Positions 44,357 through 54,809 of a stretch of DNA of 64,000 bases are shown here, in pieces. The first letter of the stretch is position 1. Every line of letters starts with the position of its first letter. The stretch is from the sequence record NC_008515.1. One strand, written 5' to 3'. Source of the DNA: Escherichia phage RB32. The notes under the pieces were generated by a model. That model saw only the letters and a program-made list of their open reading frames with translations. It was not told where the DNA came from and did not search any database. Made by a program: the position numbers and the translations under genes.

Positions 44357-45217
44357 TTACACCGCCATCTTTCCTTTAATAGAAGGGTGTGATTCATAGT
44401 TGTTAAGAACAAAATTATGCGGCTTTACGAATTGACTCAACCAAAATACCTGCGATTCTGTGTCCCATTCATCAAATTCATCTGGAAATTTTAATTGCAA
44501 TTCGCATAAATCCATAGGTTCACGACGTAAAATTTCTTTACATTGTTCTACGTGATTCATATAGATATGAGTATTACCACCGGAAAATATCAAATCTCCC
44601 GGAATAAGATTACACATCTTAGCTACAATATGAACTAACGTAGCATATGATGCAATGTTGAATGGCAAGCCCAAGAACACGTCAACACTTCTTTGATACC
44701 ACTGTAAATCCAAATAGCCATTACGCACATTAAATTGATAGAACATATGACAAGGCGGTAATGCCATATATTTAAGTTCAGCTGGATTCCACGCAGAAAC
44801 AATTTGTCGCCTATCATTCGGCAGTTTTTTAATACGATCAATAACTTCTACAATTTGGTCTACACCGCCAAAATCACGCCATTGTTTTCCATAAATTGGA
44901 CCAAGTTCACCGCTATGGTATCCTAAATCTTTTGCTTGATTTTCGTAATTTTCATCCCAGACTGTTTTGCCTTGAATTAATGAATCATGCTGAATTAATC
45001 GTAAATCATTGACATTTGTGCTTCCTGATAAAAACCATATTAACTCAGCAATGCAAGCTTTCCAGGCGAGCTTTTTAGTTGTTACTGCAGGAAAACCTTT
45101 GGTTAAATCCCAACGCAATTTAGTACCGAACAAAGCAATTGTTCCTGTGCCTGTTCGGTCATCAGTTTCGTAGCCATTTTCAAAAATGTCTTTAATTAAA
45201 TCTTGGTATTGTTTCAT
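44357..45217 (-). CDS. td: Thymidylate synthase (uninterrupted, no intron)
   Basis: Single 286-aa ORF, same as spliced T4 Td; active-site region LPPCH present. Confidence 0.95.
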   Translation of the reverse strand: MKQYQDLIKDIFENGYETDDRTGTGTIALFGTKLRWDLTKGFPAVTTKKLAWKACIAELIWFLSGSTNVNDLRLIQHDSLIQGKTVWDENYENQAKDLGYHSGELGPIYGKQWRDFGGVDQIVEVIDRIKKLPNDRRQIVSAWNPAELKYMALPPCHMFYQFNVRNGYLDLQWYQRSVDVFLGLPFNIASYATLVHIVAKMCNLIPGDLIFSGGNTHIYMNHVEQCKEILRREPMDLCELQLKFPDEFDEWDTESQVFWLSQFVKPHNFVLNNYESHPSIKGKMAV

Positions 45218-45262
45218 TTAGTACCTTATATAAATTATAATACATTTTATGAAGCTAAATAA

Positions 45263-45610
45263 TCAATACGGTTTAGCATCAAATTTTCTCTCAATTTCAG
45301 GCGTGAAATATAATTCTTTACCGCGTTTGGAAAAGCGACCAATAATATGATAATTATTCTCATCAAACGTGATATTACCAATATCCATAGCTTTCAACCA
45401 AATATCGATATTTCTATCCAGCTTTATGTCAAAATTCCAATACGGAAAACTATTACCGAAAATACTGCAAGCGGATTCAGTGCAACAACTGCTATAAATC
45501 TTGTCTTTAGGAACTACTAATTGATAGACACCTTTAATAAACTGAGGACCCTGCCATTTTGGTTGTTTCGCGTCTTTTTCTAATAGAATAGGGTAATAAT
45601 TAAAGTTCAT
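45263..45610 (-). CDS. Hypothetical protein between frd and td, with no T4 counterpart at this position
   Basis: ORF track starts at GTG 45622; first ATG at 45610 gives 115 aa; no motif recognised. Confidence 0.55.
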   Translation of the reverse strand: MNFNYYPILLEKDAKQPKWQGPQFIKGVYQLVVPKDKIYSSCCTESACSIFGNSFPYWNFDIKLDRNIDIWLKAMDIGNITFDENNYHIIGRFSKRGKELYFTPEIERKFDAKPY

Positions 45611-45630
45611 ATTTTCCGGCACGCGTTATT

Positions 45631-46471
<841 letters not shown>

Positions 46472-46499
<28 letters not shown>

Positions 46500-46714
46500 T
46501 CAGCTTTAAACTGCTCGACGTCAGAATGGTAAATCCAGAATCCTGCACTTTCTCCGTCTTCATAAAGAGGACATCCATCACATTCATCTTCCCATCCCAT
46601 GTCACGTAAAAGATGTTCAGCTTTTTCAACAAGTTCAGAATCTTTACCGATGATATTAAAATACCATTTACCTCTAACTTCTGAATCTTTGATACTCTGA
46701 CGTTGTAATCTCAT
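46472..46714 (-). CDS. Hypothetical protein (frd.x cluster) with CxxC pair
   Basis: 80 aa ORF with strong SD GGAGAATAAA-ATG. Confidence 0.6.
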
Positions 46715-46852
46715 TTTATTCTCCTTAGCAAGTTTTAATCAAAAGATATAAACAGACCAACATAACTGCTGCCATAATATAAGGTGCGAACATTTTCTTT
46801 TCTCCATTAGTTTTGATAGGGTAATAGTATCACACTACTACCCTGATGTAAA

Positions 46853-47254
46853 CTACTTTTTGAAAGTTTTTCGCAAAAGTTCAATGATTTCATCTACATT
46901 ATTTTCGTCAACAATGCAGTGAATTTTTGTTACGCCAGAAACCTTGTCTTTGACTTCATCCTCTTCAGAAGTCGGTTCTTTATATTCGCGGAAACAATAA
47001 AACTCTTCTTCACTAAGTTCAAAATAATCATCACCCATACCATCATCATTATAAATTTCACCATTAGCACAAATGATTTCGGTTACATAATCAAAGCCAT
47101 CTAAACTTGATATTGATTTAACTTCAAACCAACCGCCATTTTCTTGAATGATGCCGACCATACTAGCATTTGATGAACTAATATCAATGAAAGATTTAAT
47201 ACGATGTGGATTTAACTCGTATTTTTTGCCGATTTCCATTTTGATTTTCCTCAT
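46853..47254 (-). CDS. Hypothetical protein (frd.x cluster)
   Basis: 133 aa ORF. Confidence 0.6.
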   Translation of the reverse strand: MRKIKMEIGKKYELNPHRIKSFIDISSSNASMVGIIQENGGWFEVKSISSLDGFDYVTEIICANGEIYNDDGMGDDYFELSEEEFYCFREYKEPTSEEDEVKDKVSGVTKIHCIVDENNVDEIIELLRKTFKK

Positions 47255-47285
47255 TTTAATAGGGGCTTAATAGCCCCCTTGATAA

Positions 47286-47513
47286 TTATTGTTCAATCAG
47301 TCCCATGTAAAATTCTACGTCTTCAGCATCCATACCATCGCAGTATTCATTAGCCATAAACCGCTCAAGAACTTCTAAAGGACCTTCAATAACGATTTGA
47401 ATACTCCAAAACTTAGAATCTTGTACACTTGTGATACTAAGTTCAGGATAACGATTACGAATAATTTCTTCAATATATTCAAAATCAACGATGTCAATAT
47501 CAACTTTAGCCAT
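47286..47513 (-). CDS. Hypothetical acidic protein (frd.3 position)
   Basis: ORF track starts at TTG 47537; ATG at 47513 with AAGAGGAAA SD gives 75 aa. Confidence 0.6.
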   Translation of the reverse strand: MAKVDIDIVDFEYIEEIIRNRYPELSITSVQDSKFWSIQIVIEGPLEVLERFMANEYCDGMDAEDVEFYMGLIEQ

Positions 47514-47556
47514 ATTATTTTCCTCTTTAATTATCAACAGTATTGCCGATAGTTGT

Positions 47557-47586
47557 ATAATACCATAGAAGAACAGGGATGTAAAC
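47557..47586 (-). promoter_or_regulatory. Early promoter (GTTTAC, 18-nt spacer, TATTAT) downstream of the gene 32 terminator
   Basis: Read on - strand immediately after the terminator hairpin. Confidence 0.5.
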
Positions 47587-47610
47587 AGTTTTGTGAAAAA
47601 ATTTTGAAAT

Positions 47611-47635
47611 AAAAAAGGGGACCTCTAGGGTCCCC
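47611..47635 (-). terminator. Rho-independent terminator after gene 32 (GGGGACC-CTAGA-GGTCCCC plus T6 on - strand)
   Basis: Perfect 7-bp stem and T6 tail seen directly. Confidence 0.7.
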
Positions 47636-47657
47636 AATTAATTAGTAATATAATCTA

Positions 47658-48566
47658 TTAAAGATCATTCAAAAGGTCATCCAGGTCCGTGTCATCAGCA
47701 CTAGATGAACTGCCAGAGCTTGAGCTCATAAAATCATCTTCAGTTTTTGTATTGAAGTCATCAACATTGAATGCATCCAAATCATCAGCAACTTTATCAG
47801 CTTTCTTAGCAGCAGTTGCAGCGGCACCGCCCATCACAGCAGTTCCCATAACTTGACTGAACTTAGTGCTCAGTTCTTCAAACGATTTGAATTTATCTTT
47901 AGAAGTCATTTCAGAAAGGTCAACCATTTGTTCGAACAGTTCTTTCTGGAAAGATTCATCGTCAATGTTTGGAATCGCAGATTGATTCAGGAATTTAGAT
48001 TCATCGTAGTTACTAAATCCAGAAACTTGTTTAACTTTCAGTACAAAGTTAGCACCTTCCCACGGACAAGTTACATCAACCGGAGTTTCACCCATTTCGA
48101 CATCAACCGCAATCATTGCATTGATTTTATCCCAGATTTTCTTACCGAAACGGTATTTAAATACTTTACCTTCATTTTCTGGAGCAGCTGGGTCTTTTAC
48201 AACAAGAATGTTAGCCCAGTAAGAAGTTTTACGTTTAACAAGACCGTACTCTTTATTGTCAGTGTTGTACAAATCATTTTTACTGATGTATTGACATACT
48301 GGGCAAGAATCGTAATCACCGTGGGTAGATGAACAGTTTTCAATATACCATTTACCATTTTTCTTGAAACCGTGATTTACAAGAATTGCGAATGGTGCTT
48401 GTTCATCATTTTTAGACGGAAGAAAACGAATTACTGCTTGACCGTTACCCGCATTATCGAGTTTCAGTTTCCACTCGCCTTTATCTTCAGAAGAAAAACC
48501 ACCTTTATTTCCAGCCAGTTTAGCCATTTGTGCAGCGAGTTCAGCAGTAGATTTACGTTTAAACAT
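47658..48566 (-). CDS. 32: Single-stranded DNA-binding protein gp32
   Basis: 302 aa; recognised sequence with zinc-binding Cys/His and acidic C-terminus. Confidence 0.97.
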   Translation of the reverse strand: MFKRKSTAELAAQMAKLAGNKGGFSSEDKGEWKLKLDNAGNGQAVIRFLPSKNDEQAPFAILVNHGFKKNGKWYIENCSSTHGDYDSCPVCQYISKNDLYNTDNKEYGLVKRKTSYWANILVVKDPAAPENEGKVFKYRFGKKIWDKINAMIAVDVEMGETPVDVTCPWEGANFVLKVKQVSGFSNYDESKFLNQSAIPNIDDESFQKELFEQMVDLSEMTSKDKFKSFEELSTKFSQVMGTAVMGGAAATAAKKADKVADDLDAFNVDDFNTKTEDDFMSSSSGSSSSADDTDLDDLLNDL

Positions 48567-48665
48567 TTTTATTTCCTTTTTAATTTAATTAACAGTTGGT
48601 GCTATGACGATGTATGACCTCATAGCTGGTCAGTGAGATAATTATAATCTATTTATAATAAGCAA
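48567..48665 (-). promoter_or_regulatory. Gene 32 mRNA leader: autoregulatory pseudoknot (about 48599-48636) plus A/U-rich unstructured tract; TATAAATA on - strand at 48650-48657
   Basis: - strand reads CUGACCAGCUAUGAGGUCAUACAUCGUCAUAGCAC, matching the gene 32 pseudoknot as I recall it. Confidence 0.7.
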
Positions 48666-49319
48666 TTAATACTTGCAAGATTTCACAGTTTCAATGAAAA
48701 CATTTTTAGCTTTCTGTGAATCAATATTTAAAATTTTTCTATAAGCCTTTAACTTTATAGAATAATTATTCCAGACTAAATTATCAGTCTGTTCATCATG
48801 TTTATCAATTATATTTAAAAATGAATCAAGCAAGATAAACGTCTCAAACGAAATTATGTTCGATTGAAGCAGTTTAAAAATATAACTTGATTGAACTTTT
48901 GGATTATACTCAAAGATTTCTTTAAAAGCAGAAACTTCAACTTTTTTACTAAAATAATAAATGTTGCGAATATCTTCTTCAAACTTAAATTTAATTTGCT
49001 TTAAGCGTCCGATATATTCACGATAAAACACAAGTGCATCAGCGTCAGAGATGTCACCAATCCAAGCATCTTGGTTGGCAACCAAATTGCTTATAAAGAT
49101 TAAAGCAAGTTCCTTTAATTTATATTTTTCTGATAACTTCTGGAAAAAATACTTATCCCTTCGCTTTTGATAAGCGGCATCAGACACCCGCATGCACCAA
49201 TTATACTTAATAACATCATACTTTCCATTCATATGTTGTTTTATCATTAAGTATAATTTATAAACTGATTTACCATCAATGTATCTTTCACCACCAGCAG
49301 GCATGCGGAGTTTAATCAT
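48666..49319 (-). CDS. 59: gp59 helicase loader
   Basis: 217 aa, same as T4 gp59; directly follows gene 32 with no intervening gene. Confidence 0.92.
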   Translation of the reverse strand: MIKLRMPAGGERYIDGKSVYKLYLMIKQHMNGKYDVIKYNWCMRVSDAAYQKRRDKYFFQKLSEKYKLKELALIFISNLVANQDAWIGDISDADALVFYREYIGRLKQIKFKFEEDIRNIYYFSKKVEVSAFKEIFEYNPKVQSSYIFKLLQSNIISFETFILLDSFLNIIDKHDEQTDNLVWNNYSIKLKAYRKILNIDSQKAKNVFIETVKSCKY

Positions 49320-49654
49320 AGTAGAAAATCTAATGTATTAGTTTTTTCACAACGAACAACAGAAGGACGTAAAAGATTTTCATCAATAGCTTCTGACTGA
49401 ATTTTTTCAATTATACCCGAAGGAATGAATTTAGCAAATTGAGTTTCAGGAATAGAATTTTCTTCCAAGAATGCTGTTGTAGCTTCAAGATAACTCATTC
49501 CAAACTTTTCTACCATTTTTTCAATAATAAATCCGTTTTCTTGACGATCAAGAAGCTTTGCTATTTCATCCTTTTCTTTCTTGATTGAAAGTTCTTTTTC
49601 TGAAAGACCGGTCTCATCGACCGGACGAATATCATTTAGAGAAAACTGTGTCAT
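49316..49654 (-). CDS. 33: gp33 late transcription co-activator
   Basis: ORF track starts at TTG 49663; ATG at 49654 gives 112 aa starting MTQFSLNDIRPVDE. Confidence 0.9.
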   Translation of the reverse strand: MTQFSLNDIRPVDETGLSEKELSIKKEKDEIAKLLDRQENGFIIEKMVEKFGMSYLEATTAFLEENSIPETQFAKFIPSGIIEKIQSEAIDENLLRPSVVRCEKTNTLDFLL

Positions 49655-49901
49655 AAAGTTCAACTACCTCTTCAGTTTCAGCTTCAAACACATCACGATT
49701 ATCTTTATGATACAAAGCTAATAGACGATTAAACATCTTACCATCAACGCCAAGTTCATCTTTGGCACGAATTCGAATGTCTTTAATCAATTCATTATAA
49801 CCGGAAATTTTCAGTTTATGATCAGATGCTTCTTTAATAAATTTAGCCAAGTCTTCGCCATGGATAGCTTCATCAAATTCAACCATTTCTTTTTTAGCCA
49901 T
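49632..49901 (-). CDS. dsbA: DsbA double-stranded DNA-binding late transcription enhancer
   Basis: 89 aa; synteny between genes 33 and rnh. Confidence 0.85.
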   Translation of the reverse strand: MAKKEMVEFDEAIHGEDLAKFIKEASDHKLKISGYNELIKDIRIRAKDELGVDGKMFNRLLALYHKDNRDVFEAETEEVVELYDTVFSK

Positions 49902-49909
49902 TATTCACC

Positions 49910-50827
49910 TCAAAATTCATTAATGCTATTAGTTAATTTAGAAAGACCCGCTTTTACAAAATATGAATAAATTTTGCCACGCGGTGGTAATTTATATGAA
50001 TTATAGTAATTCACAATGTTTGAAGCAATATTATCAGGAATATAATCAAAATCAATTAGAACTAAATTTTCTTTATAACGATTATATTCAGATTCTGTGA
50101 GAAGCACCTTAGCTTGCTCACGGTCATTAGCAATAGCTTCAACGATTGAAGTTTTCATTGAAGGAGTTCGTTCACCTTCAACTCTGGTAAACCAAAAGTC
50201 AGAACGTACTTTAACTGAAGCAACGTTATCCTTTTTGTCACCCTTAAGAATTTTAGTCATACAATCAATTTCAGCAGAACCGCTTTTAATTTTAACCCAT
50301 TTCTTGTGCATCGGTGACCATTGCTTAACATTTGGGTATTTGTGAAGTTGAGTAAAGTCACCATCCGACGAAATGATTAAAATCTTGTGTCCTTCTAAAG
50401 AGAACTTTTTAACAAGCACAGCAATGTGGTCATCTGCTTCATACTTATCAATATCCATAACAATGTATGGCATATAAGCTTTCAATTCATCTATAACTTT
50501 ATGACTGGATTCAAAATAACCTTCCCAGTCCCAAGTAGATTCTTCTCGTGCTTTTCCACGGTTTTTCTTATAATAATAAGCGAAATCACGACGCCAATAT
50601 CCAGATTTTGCGTTATCGATACACAGTACAATTTTAGTGTATCCAAGAGTTTTTGCTTTTTTGACATTAAACTTAATTGAGTTCAATATCAAATGACGAA
50701 CCATTGATAAATTAATTTTTTCTTTATCTGGGAAGTTTACTAGAGCAGTTGAAAGAGCAATTTGACTAAAGTCAATAAAGCAAATTCCTTCTTTGTAATC
50801 TTCATCCAGCATCATTTCTAAATCCAT
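49910..50827 (-). CDS. rnh: RNase H (5'-3' exonuclease/flap endonuclease)
   Basis: ORF track starts at TTG 50842; ATG at 50827 gives 305 aa starting MDLEMMLDEDYKEG. Confidence 0.93.
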   Translation of the reverse strand: MDLEMMLDEDYKEGICFIDFSQIALSTALVNFPDKEKINLSMVRHLILNSIKFNVKKAKTLGYTKIVLCIDNAKSGYWRRDFAYYYKKNRGKAREESTWDWEGYFESSHKVIDELKAYMPYIVMDIDKYEADDHIAVLVKKFSLEGHKILIISSDGDFTQLHKYPNVKQWSPMHKKWVKIKSGSAEIDCMTKILKGDKKDNVASVKVRSDFWFTRVEGERTPSMKTSIVEAIANDREQAKVLLTESEYNRYKENLVLIDFDYIPDNIASNIVNYYNSYKLPPRGKIYSYFVKAGLSKLTNSINEF

Positions 50828-50856
50828 ATGAACCTCGTTCAATTAGTGAGATTTCT

Positions 50857-50886
50857 ATTATATACTATCTAAATCTTAAAGTAAAC
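50857..50886 (-). promoter_or_regulatory. Early promoter for rnh (GTTTAC, 18-nt spacer, TATAAT)
   Basis: -35 and perfect -10 read on - strand; -10 bracketed by inverted repeat AGATTT/AAATCT. Confidence 0.55.
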
Positions 50887-50889
50887 AGG

Positions 50890-50897
50890 TATAAATA
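50890..50897 (+). promoter_or_regulatory. Late promoter TATAAATA upstream of gene 34
   Basis: Exact TATAAATA 35 nt upstream of the gene 34 ATG. Confidence 0.55.
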
Positions 50898-50931
50898 CTT
50901 ATTATTGAAAACACAATAGGAGCCCGGGAGA

Positions 50932-53900
50932 ATGGCCGAGATTAAAAGAAAGTTCAGAGCAGAAGATGGTCTGGACGCAGGTGGCGATAAAATAATCAAC
51001 GTAGCTTTAGCTGATCGTACCGTAGGAACTGACGGTGTTAACGTTGATTACTTAATTCAAGAAAACACAGTTCAGCAATATGATCCAACTCGTGGATATT
51101 TAAAAGATTTTGTAATCATTTATAATAATCGTTTTTGGGCAGCAACGGATAATATTCCAAAACCTGCTGGAAATTTTAATAGAATTCGTTGGAAAGCATT
51201 ACGTACTGATGCCGTATATACAACCGTATCATCTGGACCATATCAATTAAAATCCGGAGAAGCAATTTCAGTAGATACATCAGTTGGCAATGACATTGAG
51301 TTTACTTTACCACCTTCTCCGCTTGATGGAGAAACCGTAATAATTCAAGATATCGGTGGAAAACCTGGCATAAATCAGGTTAAAATAAATTCTTCAAATC
51401 AGAGTATTGTCAATTTTAGAGGTGAACAGGTACGTTCAGTTTTAATGACTCATCCAAAGTCACAGATGGTATTCATTTTTAATAATCGTTTGTGGCAAAT
51501 GTATATTGCTGATTATAGCAGAGAAGCTGCGATTGTTACTCCATCGACTGTATATCAAGCACAATCTAATGATTTTATCGTACGTAGATTTACTTCTGCC
51601 GCACCGATTAATGTTAAACTTCCAAGATTTGCCAATCATGGAGATATCATTAATTTCGTTGATTTAGATAAATTAAATCCACTTTATCATACAATTGTTA
51701 CGACATATGATGAAACAACGTCAGTGCAAGAAGTTGGAACTCATTCCATTGAAGGCCGTACATCGATTGACGGTTTCTTGATGTTTGATGATAATGAGAA
51801 ATTGTGGAGATTGTTTGACGGGGATAGTAAAGCACGTTTACGCATTATAACAACTAATTCTAATATTCGTCCAAATGAAGAAGTTATGGTATTTGGTGCG
51901 AATAACGGAACAGCCCAAACAATTGAGCTTCAGCTTCCAACTGATATTTCTGTTGGTGATACTGTTAAAATTTCCATGAATTACATGAGAAAAGGACAAA
52001 CAGTTAAAATCAAAGCTGCCGGTGAAGATAAAATTGCTTCTTCAGTTCAATTACTGCAATTCCCAAAACGTTCAGAATATCCGCCTGAAGCTGAATGGGT
52101 AACAGTTCAAGAATTAGTTTTTAATGGTGAAACTAATTATGTACCAGTTTTGCAACTTGCTTATATAGAAGATTCTGATAGAAAATACTGGGTTGTACAG
52201 CAAAACGTTCCAACAGTTGAAAGAGTCGATTCTTTAAATAATTCTACTAGAGCAAGATTAGGCGTAATTGCTTTAGCTACACAAGCTCAAGCAAATGCTG
52301 ATTTAGAAAATTCTCCGCAAAAAGAATTGGCAATTACTCCAGAAACGTTAGCTAATCGTACTGCTACTGAAACTCGCAGAGGTATTGCAAGAATAGCAAC
52401 TACTGCTCAAGTAAATCAGAACACCACATTCTCTTTTGCAGATGACCTTATCATCACTCCTAAAAAGCTGAATGAAAGAACTGCTACAGAAACTCGTAGA
52501 GGTGTTGCTGAAATTGCTACGCAGCAAGAAACTAATACAGGTACTGATGATACTACAATCATCACTCCTAAAAAGCTTCAAGCTCGTCAAGGTTCTGAAT
52601 CATTATCTGGTATTGTAACTTTTGTATCTACTGCAGGAGCTGCTCCAGCTTCTAGCCGTGAATTAAATGGTACGAATGTTTATAATAAAAACACTAATAA
52701 TTTAGTTGTTTCACCTAAAGCTTTGGATCAGTATAAAGCTACTCCAACGCAACAAGGCGCAGTAATTTTAGCAGTTGAAAGTGAAGTAATTGCTGGACAG
52801 AGTCAGGAAGGATGGGCAAATGCGGTTGTAACACCAGAAACGTTACATAAAAAGACATCAACTGATGGAAGAATTGGTTTAATTGAAATTGCTACGCAAA
52901 GTGAAGTTAATACAGGAACTGATTATACTCGTGCAGTCACTCCTAAAACTTTAAATGACCGTAGAGCAACTGAAAGTTTAAGTGGTATAGCTGAAATTGC
53001 GACACAAGTTGAATTCGACGCAGGCGTCGACGATACTCGTATCTCTACACCATTAAAAATTAAAACCAGATTTAATAGTACTGATCGTACTTCTGTTGTT
53101 GCTCTATCTGGATTAGTTGAATCAGGAACTCTCTGGGACCATTATACCCTTAATATTCTTGAAGCAAATGAGACACAGCGTGGTACACTTCGTGTAGCTA
53201 CGCAGGTCGAAGCTGCTGCAGGAACATTAGATAATGTTTTAATAACTCCTAAAAAGCTTTTAGGTACTAAATCTACTGAAGCACAGGAAGGTGTTATTAA
53301 AGTTGCAACTCAGTCTGAAACTGTGACTGGAACGTCAGCAAATACTGCTGTATCTCCAAAAAATTTAAAATGGATTGTGCAGAGTGAACCTACTTGGGCA
53401 GCAACTACTCTGATAAGAGGTTTTGTTAAAACTTCGTCTGGTTCAATTACATTCGTTGGTAATGATACAGCCGGTTCTACCCAAGATTTAGAACTGTATG
53501 AGAAAAATAACTATGCAGTATCACCATATGAATTAAACCGTGTATTAGCAAATTATCTGCCGTTAAAAGCAAAAGCGGTAGATAGTAATTTATTAGATGG
53601 TCTAGATTCACTCCAGTTCATTCGTAGGGATATTGCGCAGACAGTTAATGGATCATTAACCTTAACCCAACAAACGAATCTGAGTGCCCCTCTTGTATCA
53701 TCTAGTACTGCTACGTTTGGTGGATCAGTTACAGCAAATAGTGTACTAACTATTTCTAATACTGGAACAGAAACTCATCTGATTTTTGAGAAAGGACCTC
53801 AAACTGGAACAAACCCGGCTCAAACGATGACTGTCAGAGTGTGGGGAAATCAATTTAGTGGGGAATCAGACACAACACGTTCTACCGTATTTGAAGTTAG

Positions 53901-54801
53901 TGATGAAACGTCTAGTCATTTTTATTCTCAGCGTAATAAAGCTGGAAATATAACATTTAATATCAACGGTACAGTAACACCGATAAATGTTAATGCTTCA
54001 GGAACATTGAATGCAAATGGTGCTGCAACATTTGGTAATTCAGTCACTGCAACTGGTGAAATTATTTCTCGAAGCGCAAATGCTTTCCGTGCTATTAACG
54101 GAAATTATGGTTTCATTGTTCGCAATGATGGGTCAGTAACGAATTTTATGCTTACTGCATCGGGTGATCAAACTGGCGGATTTAATGGATTGCGTCCTTT
54201 AGCTATTAATAATGCATCTGGCCAAGTAACGATTGGTGAAAGCTTAATCATTGCAAAAGGTGCTACTATAAGTTCGGGTGGTTTGACTGTTAACTCGAGA
54301 ATTCGTTCTCAGGGTACTAAAACCTCTGATTTATATACCCGTGCGCCAACATCTGATACAGTAGGATTCTGGTCAATCGATATTAATGATTCAGCCACTT
54401 ATAACCAGTTTCCGGGTTATTTTAAAATGGTTGAAAAAACTAATGAAGTGACTGGACTTCCATACTTAGAACGTGGTGAAGAAGTTAAATCTCCTGGTAC
54501 ATTGACTCAGTTTGGTAACACACTTGATTCACTTTACCAAGATTGGATTACTTATCCAACGACCCCAGAAGCACGTACCACTCGCTGGACGCGTACATGG
54601 CAGAAAACTAAAAATTCTTGGTCAAGTTTTGTTCAGGTATTTGATGGAGGTAACCCTCCTCAACCTTCGGATATAGGAGCAATCCCATCTGATAATGGAA
54701 TAATAGGTAATCTTACTATTCGTGATTTCTTACGAATTGGTAATGTTCGCATTATTCCTGACCTAGTGAATAAAACTGTTAAATTTGAATGGGTTGAATA
54801 A
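50932..54801 (+). CDS. 34: Long tail fiber proximal subunit gp34
   Basis: 1289 aa, same as T4 gp34; internal repeats. Confidence 0.95.
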   Translation: MAEIKRKFRAEDGLDAGGDKIINVALADRTVGTDGVNVDYLIQENTVQQYDPTRGYLKDFVIIYNNRFWAATDNIPKPAGNFNRIRWKALRTDAVYTTVSSGPYQLKSGEAISVDTSVGNDIEFTLPPSPLDGETVIIQDIGGKPGINQVKINSSNQSIVNFRGEQVRSVLMTHPKSQMVFIFNNRLWQMYIADYSREAAIVTPSTVYQAQSNDFIVRRFTSAAPINVKLPRFANHGDIINFVDLDKLNPLYHTIVTTYDETTSVQEVGTHSIEGRTSIDGFLMFDDNEKLWRLFDGDSKARLRIITTNSNIRPNEEVMVFGANNGTAQTIELQLPTDISVGDTVKISMNYMRKGQTVKIKAAGEDKIASSVQLLQFPKRSEYPPEAEWVTVQELVFNGETNYVPVLQLAYIEDSDRKYWVVQQNVPTVERVDSLNNSTRARLGVIALATQAQANADLENSPQKELAITPETLANRTATETRRGIARIATTAQVNQNTTFSFADDLIITPKKLNERTATETRRGVAEIATQQETNTGTDDTTIITPKKLQARQGSESLSGIVTFVSTAGAAPASSRELNGTNVYNKNTNNLVVSPKALDQYKATPTQQGAVILAVESEVIAGQSQEGWANAVVTPETLHKKTSTDGRIGLIEIATQSEVNTGTDYTRAVTPKTLNDRRATESLSGIAEIATQVEFDAGVDDTRISTPLKIKTRFNSTDRTSVVALSGLVESGTLWDHYTLNILEANETQRGTLRVATQVEAAAGTLDNVLITPKKLLGTKSTEAQEGVIKVATQSETVTGTSANTAVSPKNLKWIVQSEPTWAATTLIRGFVKTSSGSITFVGNDTAGSTQDLELYEKNNYAVSPYELNRVLANYLPLKAKAVDSNLLDGLDSLQFIRRDIAQTVNGSLTLTQQTNLSAPLVSSSTATFGGSVTANSVLTISNTGTETHLIFEKGPQTGTNPAQTMTVRVWGNQFSGESDTTRSTVFEVSDETSSHFYSQRNKAGNITFNINGTVTPINVNASGTLNANGAATFGNSVTATGEIISRSANAFRAINGNYGFIVRNDGSVTNFMLTASGDQTGGFNGLRPLAINNASGQVTIGESLIIAKGATISSGGLTVNSRIRSQGTKTSDLYTRAPTSDTVGFWSIDINDSATYNQFPGYFKMVEKTNEVTGLPYLERGEEVKSPGTLTQFGNTLDSLYQDWITYPTTPEARTTRWTRTWQKTKNSWSSFVQVFDGGNPPQPSDIGAIPSDNGIIGNLTIRDFLRIGNVRIIPDLVNKTVKFEWVE
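52249..53361 (+). repeat. Tandem ~40-aa repeat units inside gp34 (recurring TPK/TPE...RATE..RG.A.IAT motif)
   Basis: About 8-9 copies of the peptide motif; identical ~20-nt strings such as ATCATCACTCCTAAAAAGCT recur. Confidence 0.7.
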
Positions 54802-54809
54802 GAGGTATT

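Noticed and set aside
46815-46853. Candidate early promoter GTTTAC-N17-(ATACTA/TACTAT) overlapping the stop of the 133-aa ORF
   Set aside because: The -35 is a perfect GTTTAC but the -10 is poor (the conserved first T is missing at the correct spacing), so it is not listed as a feature; it may still be a weak promoter.
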